Assembly: GCF_032191835.1 (NCBI RefSeq)
Contig: NC_083241.1
Location: 372,001-436,000 of the forward strand
Direction of reading: 5' to 3'
Source: Heteronotia binoei
Lineage: Eukaryota
Length of the DNA stretch: 64,000 nucleotides
The notes under the pieces are model-generated. The model was not told the origin of the DNA. It did not search any database and saw nothing but the letters and a program-made list of their open reading frames with translations. This document shows, one piece after another, positions 44,101 to 56,088 of the stretch; position 1 is the stretch's first letter, and every line of letters begins with the position of its first letter. Both the position numbers and the translations under genes were made by a program.

Positions 44101-47100
44101 GCAGCAGCGGCGGCAAGTGCTTGGGGGGCAGCCACTCTCCTTGTGCGGGCAGGGGGCCCTTTTCTGCTCCCTGGGGTGGGGCTGGGTCAGAGGGGGGCAG
44201 CCTTTGAAGGGAGGGCTGCTGGGCTTTTTCTTCTTAGGAGAAGGCTGAGGCCGGCAGAAAGGGCCCTGGCCCTTCTTCTCCCCGTGTGTATGTGGGGGGG
44301 GGCAGTTCCCTTGCCCCGGCACCCCATGGGCTCTTCCTCCTCCTCGGGGCATGGACTGAGCAGCGGGGTGTATTTTGTGTGAGATCTGGGCTGTGGGGGG
44401 CAGGAGAGAGGATTGCCTTCCTTGCTCTGAAGTTGGGGTGGCTGTTTGTGTCTTCCTTTAGGGCCTCTTGCTTGGAAAGGTCTGGCAAAAGAACAGTGGC
44501 AGCACAATATATGAAATACAAAAATACAAAAATACAAATATTGTGCACAAATACTCTTAACTGGTGTAAATAAAGTTCTATTATAATGAAATGAACAGCC
44601 TACAACAGTGGGCATACATTCATACAGTAATAAATAGAAATAGAAAACAACAGTCTCAAAACAAATTCCAAGGAGGACCCCACACAGTCACAGAGTTTTC
44701 AAATTGAGTACAATGACTCAAAAATAAAGTTCCACAGGAGTCCCTCCGTTGTTTGTTGACTTCTGAAGGACAAATTCTAGCCTTCACGCAAACCCCGGAT
44801 TTGATTGCGTTCCGCTGCTCCTGCAGCTTCTCGTAAGTCAACTGTATGTTTTTGTTTAAAATCACTTGGGTTAGGGTGGTTTTTATCGGTCACTTTTGTT
44901 GTTTACAGTTGACTTACGAGGAAGCTGCAGGAGCAGCGGAACGCAATCAAATCCGGGGTTTGCGTGAAGGCTAGAATTTGTCCTTCAGAAGTCAACAAAC
45001 AACGGAGGGACTCCTGTGGAACTTTATTTTTGAGTCATTGTACTCATTTTGAAACTCTCTGTGACTGTGTGGGGTCCTCCTTGGAATATTGTTTTGAGAC
45101 TGTTGTTTTCTATTTCTATTTATACTGTATGAATGTATGCCCACTGTTGTAGGCTGTTCATTTCATTATAATAGAACTTTATTTACACCAGTTAAGAGTA
45201 TTTGTTGCACAATTTTTGTATTTTTGTATTTTGGAAAGGTCTGGGGGCTGGCAGGGGGGGTGGGAACTGCTGCTCCAGGGCTGGCTGTTTTCTGGGCCCT
45301 TGGAGGCCCTCCTGTGCAGGGGAGGGGGCTGGGGGAAAGATCCCTGGCCCAGCTCACCTTTGGGCTTTTGAAATCTTTCTTTTTTTCTCTTGGTTGTGGC
45401 TGTCCCCATCGTCTCCTCCTCCTCCCCCTCCTGGAGCCTGTTGGCATTGCCTCAGCCAGTTGGTTCAGGGGCAGCCCTGATTCTTTCTGTGTGGGGCGCA
45501 GGAAGGGGGGGCAGGAGGATTTTCAGGAGGCTTCTGGGGAGGCCTTATGGAGAGCCAGTTTGGTGTAGTGGTGAAGTTGGCTTACCTGGGAGAACCGGGT
45601 TTGATCCCCCACTCCTCCACTTGCAGCTGCTGGAATGGCCTTGGGTCAGCCAGAGCTCTCTTATCTGGAGAACCGGGTTTGATTCCCCACTCCTCCACTT
45701 GCAGCTGCTGGAATGGCCTTGGGTCAGCCAGAGCTCTCTTATCTGGGAGAACGGGTTTGATTCCCCACTCCTCCACTTGCACCTGCTGGAATGGCCTTGG
45801 GTCAGCCATAGCTCTCTTATCTGGGAGAACCGGGTTTGATTCCCCACTCCTCCACTTGCACCTGCTGGAATGGCCTTGGGTCAGCCAGAGCTCTCTTATC
45901 TGGGAGAACCGGGTTTGATTCCCCACTCCTCCACTTGCACCTGCTGGAATGGCGTTGGGTCAGCCAGAGCTCTCTTATCTGGGAGAACCGGGTTTGATTC
46001 CCCACTCCTCCACTTGCAGCTGCTGGAATGGCCTTTGGGTCAGCCATAGCTCTCTTATCTGGGAGAACCGGTTTGATTCCCCACTCCTCCACTTGCACCT
46101 GCTGGAATGGCCTTGGGTCAGCCAGAGCTCTCTTATCTGGGAGAACCGGGTTTGATTCCCCACTCCTCCACTTGCACCTGCTGGTAATGGCGTTGGGTCA
46201 GCCAGAGCTCTCTTATCTGGGAGAACCGGGTTGATTCCCCACTCCTCCACTTGCAGCTGCTGGAATGGCCTTGGGTCAGCCAGAGCTCTCTTATCTGGGA
46301 GAACCGGGTTTGATTCCCCACTCCTCCACTTGCACCTGCTGGAATGGCCTTGGGTCAGCCATAGCTCTCTTATCTGGGAGAACCGGGTTTGATTCCCCAC
46401 TCCTCCACTTGCACCTGCTGAATGGCGTTGGGTCAGCCAGAGCTCTCTTATCTGGGAGAACCGGGTTTGATTCCCCACTCCTCCACTTGCAGCTGCTGGA
46501 ATGGCCTTGGGTCAGCATAGCTCTCTTATCTGGGAGAACCGGGTTTGATTCCCCACTCCTCCACTTGCACCTGCTGGAATGGCCTTGGGTCAGCCAGAGC
46601 TCTCTTATCTGGAGAACCGGGTTTGATTCCCCACTCCTCCACTTGCACCTGCTGGAATGGCGTTGGGTCAGCCAGAGCTCTCTTATCTGGGAGAACCGGG
46701 TTTGATTCCCCACTCCTCCACTTGCAGCTGCTGGAATGGCCTTGGGTCAGCCAGAGCTCTCTTATCTGGGAGAACGGGTTTGATTCCCCACTCCTCCACT
46801 TGCACCTGCTGGAATGGCCTTGGGTCAGCCAGAGCTCTCTTATCTGGGAGAACCGGGTTTGATTCCCCACTCTCCACTTGCACCTGCTGGAATGGCGTTG
46901 GGTCAGCCAGAGCTCTCTTATCTGGGAGAACCGGGTTTGATTCCCCACTCCTCCACTTGCAGCTGCTGGAATGGCCTTGGTCAGCCAGAGCTCTCTTATC
47001 TGGGAGAACCGGGTTTGATTCCCCACTCTTCACTTGCAGCTGCTGGAATGGCCTTGGGTCAGCCAGAGCTCTCTATCTGGGAGAACCGGGTTTGATTCCC

Positions 47101-50100
47101 ACTCCTCCAATTGCAGCTGCTGGAATGGCCTTGGGTCAGCCAGAGCTCTCTTATCTGGGAGAACCGGGTTTGATTCCCCACTCCTCCACTTGCAGCTGCT
47201 GGAATGGCCTTGGGGTCAGCCAGAGCTCTCTTATCTGGGAGAACCGGGTTTGATTCCCCACTCCTCCAATTGCAGCTGCTGGAATGGCCTTGGGTCAGCC
47301 AGAGCTCTCTTATCTGGGAGAACCGGGTTTGATTCCCCACTCCTCACTTGCAGCTGCTGGAATGGCTTGGGTCAGCAGAGCTCTCTTATCTGGGAGAACG
47401 GGTTTGATTCCCCACTCCTCCACTTGCACCTGCTGGAATGGCCTTGGGTCAGCCAGAGCTCTCTTATCTGGGAGAACCGGGTTTGATTCCCCACTCTCCA
47501 CTTGCACCTGCTGGAATGGCGTTGGGTCAGCCAGAGCTCTCTTATCTGGGAGAACCGGGTTTGATTCCCCACTCCTCCACTTGCAGCTGCTGGAATGGCC
47601 TTGGGTCAGCCAGAGCTCTCTTATCTGGAGAACCGGGTTTGATTCCCACTCCTCCACTTGCAGCTGCTGGAATGGCCTTGGGTCAGCCAGAGCTCTCTTA
47701 TCTGGGAGAACCGGGTTTGATTCCCCACTCCTCCACTTGCACCTGCTGGAATGGCGTTGGGTCAGCAGAGCTCTCTTATCTGGGAGAACCGGGTTTGATT
47801 CCCCACTCCTCCACTTGCAGCTGCTGGAATGGCCTTGGGTCAGCCAGAGCTCTCTTATCTGGGAGAACCGGGTTTGATTCCCCACTCCTCCACTTGCACC
47901 TGCTGGAATGGCCTTGGGTCAGCCAGAGCTCTCTTATCTGGGAGAACCGGGTTTGATTCCCCACTCCTCCACTTGCACCTGCTGGAATGGCGTTGGGTCA
48001 GCCAGAGCTCTCTATCTGGGAGAACCGGGTTTGATTCCCCACTCCTCCACTTGCAGCTGCTGGAATGGCCTTGGGTCAGCCAGAGCTCTCTTATCTGGGA
48101 GAACCGGGTTTGATTCCCCACTCCTTCACTTGCAGCTGCTGGAATGGCCTTGGGTCAGCCAGAGCTCTCTTATCTGGGAGAACCGGGTTTGATTCCCCAC
48201 TCCTCCAATTGCAGCTGCTGGAATGGCCTTGGGTCAGCCAGAGCTCTCTTATCTGGGAGAACCGGGTTTGATTCCCCACTCCTCCACTTGCAGCTGCTGG
48301 AATGGCCTTGGGTCAGCCAGAGCTCTCTTATCTGGGAGAACCGGGTTTGATTCCCCACTCCTCCAATTGCAGCTGCTGGAATGGCCTTGGGTCAGCCAGA
48401 GCTCTCTTATCTGGGAGAACCGGGTTTGATTCCCCACTCCTCCACTTGCAGCTGCTGGAATGGCCCTTGGGTCAGCCAGAGCTCTCTTATCTGGGAGAAC
48501 GGGTTTGATTCCCACTCCTCCACTTGCACCTGCTGGAATGGCCTTGGGTCAGCCAGAGCTCTCTTATCTGGGAGAACCGGGTTTGATTCCCCACTCCTCC
48601 ACTTGCACCTGCTGAATGGCGTTGGGTCAGCCAGAGCTCTCTTATCTGGGAGAACCGGGTTTGATTCCCCACTCCTCCACTTGCAGCTGCTGGAATGGCC
48701 TTGGGTCAGCCAGAGCTCTCTTATCTGGGAGAACCGGGTTTGATTCCCCACTCCTCACTTGCAGCTGCTGGAATGGCCTTGGGTCAGCCAGAGCTCTCTT
48801 ATCTGGGAGAACGGGTTTGATTCCCCACTCCTCCAATTGCAGCTTGCTGGAATGGCCTTGGGTCAGCCAGAGCTCTCTTATCTGGGAGAACCGGGTTTGA
48901 TTCCCCACTCCTCCACTTGCAGCTGCTGGAATGGCCTTGGGTCAGCCAGCAGGCTCTTGCAGTGCTTGTCCTTGAAAGGGCAGCTTCTGGGAGAGCCCTC
49001 TCAGGCCCACCCACCTCACAGGGTGTCTGTTGTGGGGGAGGAAGATAAAGGAGATTGTGAGCCGCTGAGACTCTTGAGTGGAGGGTGGGATATAAATCCA
49101 GTGTCGTCGTCTTCCTCTATCTACACTGCAGCAGAGGCCGCCCCAGAAGCGCCAGTGGTGTCTGTTGGAGGAGGCAGGGGCGAGAGTTTGAGGGGGGGCG
49201 GCGGCAGGGTGCTGTGCGGCAGTTGGCCATCTCCCCTCCAACCAGTTCCCTTGGGGGGCCCCTGCTGCTGCTCCTTGGGGGTCTGTCGCTGGGATCTTCT
49301 TTGGAGAGCAGAGGAGCTGTCTCAGTCCCTGCAGCCTGCTGGGAAGGGGGGCTTAGCTGGGCCGGCACACCCCTTCGGCCACCAGAGGCTGTTACTTGGG
49401 GCACAGCCTGGGGGCCAAATCGGGTGCCCCCTGGGAGGGTGGGGGCCACCCCTCCTGGGAGATGGAAATCGCATGGGAGCAGCCGCTGCCCTTCCTGCAT
49501 TCAGCTGAGCAGGGGGACCGGGCCCAGGTCCAGGAAGGCCTTTGGATAGGCCAGGAGGCTTCCAGCCTCAGTCCGCCCATGGAGCAGCCTGCCTCTTGGT
49601 CTCGATGGGCGTCTCTGACTGCGCCCCCTCTCTCTCTCCCTCCAGATCTTGGATGACTATTACCTCCTGTGCCACCGAGCTGTGGCAAAGCGGGTCGCTC
49701 TCCCCCCACAGAGCCTGGCACAGCTCCTTGAGCAGGGAGCCCGAGGTAAGTGGGTCAGCAAGTGGGGGGTGTGTGTGGCTTCTGGTCTTTGTGTCTGGCC
49801 CCAGCCTCTGCCCCNNNNNNNNNNNNNNNNNNNNNNNNNNNNNNNNNNNNNNNNNNNNNNNNNNNNNNNNNNNNNNNNNNNNNNNNNNNNNNNNNNNNNN
49901 NNNNNNNNNNNNNNNNNNNNNNNNNNNNNNNNNNNNNNNNNNNNNNNNNNNNNNNNNNNNNNNNNNNNNNNNNNNNNNNNNNNNNNNNNNNNNNNCTCTC
50001 GGCTCCCAGCCCTGCATGGAGCATCCTGGAGGGGCCACCTGTTGGCTTTGGGTGCCCCTACCCAGTCTTGCTGAGAGGTTCTGTCTGGCTGCTTTTGAAG

Positions 50101-53100
50101 CCACTGGGCAGGGTGGGCACGGCTTTCTTGGGAAGCCACAGGGGGTGGGCCAGCTCCTGTCCAGTGCCTGGCCTCCATCTTCTCTCCTTTTCTCCTGCCC
50201 TAGAGGGGCTCCAGCCCCGGGCTGCTGGAAGAGTCAAAGAGACCGCGGGTGGGGGGGGGGGAGGCTGTCCAGAAGGGCTGGGGTCCGGGCTTGGCTGTGG
50301 CTGCCGTGGAGGCCGGGGGCTCCTGGAGGAGGCTGCTGAGATGCTGCTGGGCCCGGCTCTTGCAGTTGGGGGGTGGGGGGAGTCCCCAGCTGGCCTTCTC
50401 CTCGGCAGTGCCACCCAAGCCCCAGGAAGCTCGTGCCCCCAAAGGCTGGGGGGAGCAGCCCCTCTCCTCCCCTGCCCCCGGAGAGGCTGCCCATCTGCTC
50501 ATAGGCACCTTCTTCCTTCTCCCTCCCCTGCCCATTGTCTCAGGTGCACTGGCTGGAGCAGCAGGTGGCAAGAGGCGGAGAAAAGAGACCTGTTCCTGGA
50601 GCCGACGGACCCCAAGTTCCCGCAGCAGTGGTACCTGGTAAGTGCAGGTGGGCTGCAGGTTCTCCTGGCGATCTGTTCTGGGTGAACCCCAGGAGGGGAC
50701 CGTAATCCCTCGGCCCTGTGCCCTCATCCCCTGAGCTTGTGCCAACTCCTGAGCCAAGCCCTGCCCTCCCTTGGCTTCCTCTGTTGCAGCTGAAGAGGGG
50801 GCCTTGGCCTGTCCCGAGGGGGCCCTCGGGCGGCTCTTCCCTGCTTTGAAGGGGCACTGCTGAGAACGAGGAGGCAGGGGGGAGCAGAAGCACCACAGTG
50901 GCAACTGGGTCAGGCCCTGCATGGCCCTGGGGGGGGGGGGGAGCCAGTGGGGAGGCTCTTTCTGGCTGGGGTGGGCAGACTGCCACCCGCCACCATCTCT
51001 GTCTCTCCTGAGAAGAAGAGCCTTTGCGCTCTTGGGGGCAGGCAGGCCGAGCAAAGGGCAATGGAGCCACGGTCTGAAGGTTGTGGGGGCTGACGGGGCT
51101 CTGCGGCCTTTCCCTGCAGTCTAACGGGAACCAGCGAGACCTGAATGTGCGGGAGGCCTGGCGGCAGGGCTGCACCGGGCGAGGCATCGTGGTCTCCATC
51201 TTAGACGATGGCATTGAGAAGAACCACCCGGATCTAGAAGCCAATTACGTGAGTGGGTGGGGAGGGGGGCAGCACAGGGCTCTGGGGGCACCTCTGCTTT
51301 TCCTGGGAGCTGCATGGCTTGTGGTGGGGAGGAGGGGCTCAGCAGTCCCCCCCCGCCCCCCGTGGAGGCCAGGCCACAGGACTCCAGGAAACTAAAGGCC
51401 CGAGTTGGCCAGAATGGGAGTGTGTGGAGGGGCCCGAGGCTGTGCTTGGTGTCACCAGGCGGGGCTGACAAACCTGCATTAGGGCTTTTCCTGTATAGAG
51501 CTGAATTGGGGGGGGGGTCCCCAATAGCTCTGGGGGAAGGAGGGCGGTGCTTGACCTCCTCTCTCTGCAGGATCCTGCGGCCAGCTTCGATGTCAACGAC
51601 CAGGATTCGGATCCCCAGCCGCGCTACACCCAGATGAATGACAACAGGTGGGTGTGTCTGGGGGGCTGTGGGGGCCTTGCTGATGGAGTGGGGAGGAAGC
51701 AGGTGGGCGGGACCCAGAATGGGTGCTTGGCCTGCATGCCCCTGAGTGCTGCAAGAGACAGAGCTGCTGTTGGCCAGGCCATGGGGGGGGGAGCCAGCTG
51801 TCCAGCTCACGTCCTTGTCGCTCTGTCCTGCTCCAGGCACGGCACGCGGTGTGCGGGTGAAGTGGCCGCTGTGGCCAACAATGGCATCTGTGCCGTGGGA
51901 GTGGCATACAATGCCAGGATTGGAGGTAAGCAGCCTGCAGGGCCTGCCCACTGAGGGGGGGGGTGTCTATTCTGCGTTAGTGACAGGTCTTTGCGGAATG
52001 CGGCCCCGGCTCTGCTTGTCCCATGGAGCAGGGAGAAGTGGGTGGGCCTTTGCCTCTGAGACCTGCCTCTTTCTTGGCTAGGGGTGCGCATGCTGGATGG
52101 GGAGGTGACGGACGCTGTGGAAGCCCAGTCCTTGGGCCTCAACCCCAACCACATCCACATCTACAGCGCCAGCTGGGGCCCCGAGGACGACGGCAAGACG
52201 GTGGATGGCCCCGCCCATCTGGCCGAAGAGGCCTTCTACCGAGGTGTCAGCCAGGTAGGTGGGTGGGCGGCTCTGGGGAGGGGTGCCGTGGGGCTGCCCC
52301 CTCAGCACAGCTGCCTCTTCTTTCTTCCTTCCTTCCTTGCAGGGGCGCAATGGGCTGGGCTCCATCTTTGTGTGGGCCTCGGGGAATGGCGGCCGGGAGC
52401 ACGACAGCTGCAACTGCGACGGCTACACCAACAGCATCTACACCCTCTCCATCAGCAGCACCACCCAGGCGGGGAACGTGCCCTGGTACAGCGAGGCCTG
52501 CTCCTCCACCCTGGCCACCACCTACAGCAGCGGCAGCCAGAACGAGAAGCAGATCGTGAGTCCTCCCGGGCCAGGGAGGGGGCAGGGGCTCCCAGAACAG
52601 CAGCAGCCCTGCCTCACCCCCTCCCCTCCCCGCCTCCCTCCGCAGGTGACCACGGACCTGCGGCAGAAGTGCACGGAATCGCACACGGGCACCTCGGCCT
52701 CCGCCCCCCTGGCCGCTGGCATCATCGCCCTGGCCCTCGAAGCGAAGTAAGAGGGGGAGGGGGGGCCTCGGGGGAGGGGGCTCTTCAGGGCTGGCTGGAG
52801 GCCAGAGGGGTCACCCCCCCCCCCGGTAACCTCCTTCTTTCCCTCCCTCCCTGTAGCAAGAACCTCACCTGGAGGGACATGCAGCACCTGGTGGTGAGGA
52901 CCTCAAAGCCCGCCCACCTCAACACCAATGACTGGGCCCTTAACGGGGTGGGCCGGAAAGGTAAGCTGGCCTGGCTGCCCCCAGGGCCGGGGCTGGGGGG
53001 GTGGGAGGCTGCAGGCCTGACCTCTGCCCATGTCCTTGCAGTCAGCCACTCCTATGGCTACGGCCTCTTGGACGCTGGGGCCATGGTGGCGCTGGCCAAG

Positions 53101-56088
53101 AACTGGACCTCGGTGGGCCCCCAGCGGAAGTGCGTGGTGGACATCCTCGTGGAGCCCAAGTGAGTCCCAAGGGGGCACACGGGGTGGGGGTGGGGGGGTT
53201 TCCTCCATTGTCCAGCCCCAGACCGGGCAGAGGGGAAGGAGAGGGTGGGGGAGTCAGGGCTGGGGACAGAGGCCCCGGGAGGGCCGGTGGCTGCCATCTT
53301 CCGCCATCCTCCTCTGCTGGGATGTTCAGTTTGCAGGAGGAGGAGGAGGAGTTTTGTGCCCTGCAGAGGGCTGCCCCCAGGGACGGCTGCTGCTGTGGGT
53401 CAGGGTGGGGGGAAGGCCTGGGCCGTGTGGCGGCCGCTGCCCTTGTGACTCCAGGGACTCCCTTTCCGGGGCCTGGGAGAGGTCTGGTCTGTGGCCCCTT
53501 CCTTGACGGGCCGTGCTTGCTGGTGTGTTGCAGAGACATCGGGAAGCGGCTGGAGGTGCGCCAGCGGGTGGAGGCCTGCCGGGGGAAGGCCAGCTACATC
53601 AGCCGGCTGGAGCACGTGCAGGCCCGCCTCACACTGTCCTACAACCGGCGAGGGGACCTGGCCATCCACCTCATCAGTCCCGCGGGCACCCGCTCCACGC
53701 TCCTGGCTGCCAGGTAGGCCAGGCCTCCCCCCTCCCCCTGCAATGGAGGCCTCTCGGCCCCGCAGCCTCTCAGCCCCCCTCCCCATTCTCTTCTGCCCCC
53801 CGGCCAGGCCCCATGACTACTCAGCTGACGGCTTCAACGACTGGGCCTTCATGACAACGCATTCCTGGGACGAGGACCCAGTGGGGGACTGGGGGCTGGA
53901 GATAGAAAACACCAGCGGCGCCAATAACTACGGTACTGGTTGTCCGCCTTCTCCCCTTTGCATTCCCTGTTCCCAGCAGTGCCACTCTCTCTGGGCGGCT
54001 GCGCCCTCCCGCCCTGCTCCCCGCCCCCTGCAGCTGGCTCAACCTTGCCTGCTCTAATCCGTGTGGAGGAGGCTGCAGGGCAGAGTGGGCAGCAGGGGAG
54101 AGGCGGCTCGGGCAAGAGCCTGTCGGGCCTGTTCCTGGCCTTTGGGGGTGGGAGGAAGAGCCAGCCAGCTGGGCCGGGGGGGGGGGGTGCTACGGCCCCG
54201 CCGCCCTTGGGTGATGGGCCCCTCCCTCAGCCCAGAGCACCCACAGCCTCTAGCTCTGGAGGGCTGCCGCTGCCCCCTTTCTTTGAGGGCACTTGGGCCG
54301 GGGGCCCCAAACCTGCCACCTTCCAGGCGGAGGTTTTCCTCTTGGACTCCTCTTGGGGAGCTGCTTTGTGGCCCTCCCCACCTCAGGCCTGGAAGAAGGC
54401 CAGTTGTGTGGCAGCAAGGAGGACTCTGGTGAAGGGGGGGTGGCAGTCCTCCTGCCTGCCTCACCCCCCCCCCTCGTTCTGGCCACAGGGACCCTCACCA
54501 AGTTCACGCTGGTGCTGTACGGGACAGCCACGGACCCCCCCAGCCTCCCCAACCAGTTTGAGAGCAGCGGCTGCAAAACACTGGCTACCGGCCAGGCTTG
54601 CGTGGGTAAGTGCTGAGGCCCTCCTGTCCCCTCCAGAACGGCTGGGGGAAGCGGAGTAGGCTGCAGAGGCCCCCCCACTCGCACCTCTGTTGCTGTCCTT
54701 GTGGGTGGCTGGGTTGGAAGGCTGTCTCACTCCTCCAGGAGAAGTTGGGGGTGTTGCAAAACACTTCCTAGAATCATAGAGTTGGAAGAGACCTCTAGGG
54801 TCATCCAGTCCAACCCCCTGCACAATGCAGGAAACTCACAAACCCCTCCCCCTAAATTCACAGGATCTTCCTTTGATGGGCCCTTCTGACTACATTTCCT
54901 CTGTGCCACTCCTGGTGCCCAACAGTCATTGTTCGGCTGGCTTTCCAGTCTTTGTTAGGGCTGCAGACACCTAGGGTAGTGCCCTCCCCACCCTGGTTTT
55001 GCTTGCTCCCCTCCCTTCTTCCCTGTGCTTCCGAGGAAGGGAGGGCCCTGAGCAGGGGAGGGGCTGCTTCATGCCCAAAAGTCTCTCCCTCCCTCTGTAT
55101 CCCCGGCCTGGTCCCAGACCCCCTGATTCAGAGGCCGAGCCAACTCAAGACTCTTTAAAACATGGCAGTATTTGAACTGTATCAGCCCAGCCAGCCTCTA
55201 AAATCTGTGCCAGGCACCTTGTTTGGGGGCGGGGGAGGGGAGTAGCAGCCTTCCTTGAGGAGGGGGCTGGTTCAGTCATGGCTCCAGGTGATGGATTTCC
55301 TTCTCCCAGGAGGGCCTTGGAGCTGCATAGATATTGGGGGGTGGGGGTGGGGAGAGAGCCCTTGTCTCCACCGTTGTGCTTTGGCGGCTTCTAACTGGTG
55401 TGAGGACACCTTGCAGGGCAGTTGGGTGGATGGGTGCCCTTTCAGCCTTCCGCACCTCAGTGGAGTAAGTGATGCACCAGCTTGCCTTGTGCGGGGGCTG
55501 AGGGCTGTGCCCCCCTTTCTGTGTGTCCCCCCCCTTGCAGTGTGTGAAGAGGGATTCTACCTCCATCAGAAGAGCTGTCTCAAGATGTGCCCGCCTGCCT
55601 TCGCCCCTGGCACCGTGCCCCCACCTCTGGAGAACAGCCTCGACCCGCACCTGAGCCCCCGCCTCTGCGTGCCCTGCCACCCATCCTGTGCCACCTGCGT
55701 GGGCCCCGGGCCCGGCCAGTGCTTGTCCTGCCCGGCCCACGCCCACTACAACGTCCAGGAGCAGACGTGCTCCCACCAGACCCAGAGCAGCCGGGCCTCG
55801 CCCGCCCTGCAGGACGGGGGGGCGCTCTTCACGCCCCCCTCCCACCTGCCCATCCTGGTGGCCAGCCTGAGCTGTGCCTTCATCGTCCTGGTCTTCGTCA
55901 CCGTCTTCCTCGTGCTGCAGCTGCGGTCGGGACTGCGCCTCCGTGGGGTGAAGGTCTACTCACTGGAGAGCGGAGGCATCGTGGCCTACAAGGGCCTTCC
56001 GTCCCACGCCTGGCAGGAGGGGCTGGAGGAGGAGGAGGAGGAAGGGGGGGAGCGGACTGCCTTCATCAGAGACCAGAGTGCTCTTTGA
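41126..56088 (+). CDS. FURIN: Furin proprotein convertase (frameshifting indels in exons 2-4 as assembled)
   Basis: Exons 41126-41307 (exon starts 40956), 49646-49745, 50544-50637, 51120-51248, 51571-51647, 51837-51925, 52082-52254, 52343-52555, 52646-52746, 52857-52960, 53042-53159, 53534-53713, 53808-53932, 54489-54605, 55541-56088. Catalytic motifs ILDDG, HGTRCAG, ASGNGG and HTGTSASAP are intact, followed by the P domain, Cys-rich region, TM helix, YKGL and ..[12 protein letters not shown]. Confidence 0.97.
44472..45244. mobile_element. Palindromic (fold-back) insertion of unknown class with 14-bp TSD
   Basis: Arms ~44514-44846 and 44904-45230 are near-perfect reverse complements around a 57-nt spacer. 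Direct repeat ttggaaaggtctgg at 44472-44485 and 45231-45244. Confidence 0.85.
45550..49118 (+). repeat. Squam3-like SINE with an internal 79-bp tandem array (~43 units)
   Basis: SINE head at 45550. Unit ttatctgggagaaccgggtttgattccccactcctccacttgcagctgctggaatggccttgggtcagccagagctctc repeats 45582-48948, then the normal SINE body and tail run to ~49118. Confidence 0.95.
54768..54870 (-). mobile_element. CR1 3' end fragment
   Basis: gaatcatagagttggaagagacctctagggtcatccagtccaacc. Confidence 0.75.

Noticed and set aside
44234-45409. ~140-aa minus-strand ORF rebuilt by excising the palindrome
   Set aside because: No recognisable homology. It is useful only as support for the TSD junction.
45582-48948. 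CRISPR-like regular repeat array
   Set aside because: Units are contiguous near-identical 79-mers with no unique spacers, there are no cas genes, and the unit is a SINE fragment in a vertebrate intron.
45545-49014. Dozens of repetitive ORFs ([18 protein letters not shown] etc.)
   Set aside because: They are translations of the 79-bp satellite, with frames broken by scattered 1-nt indels.
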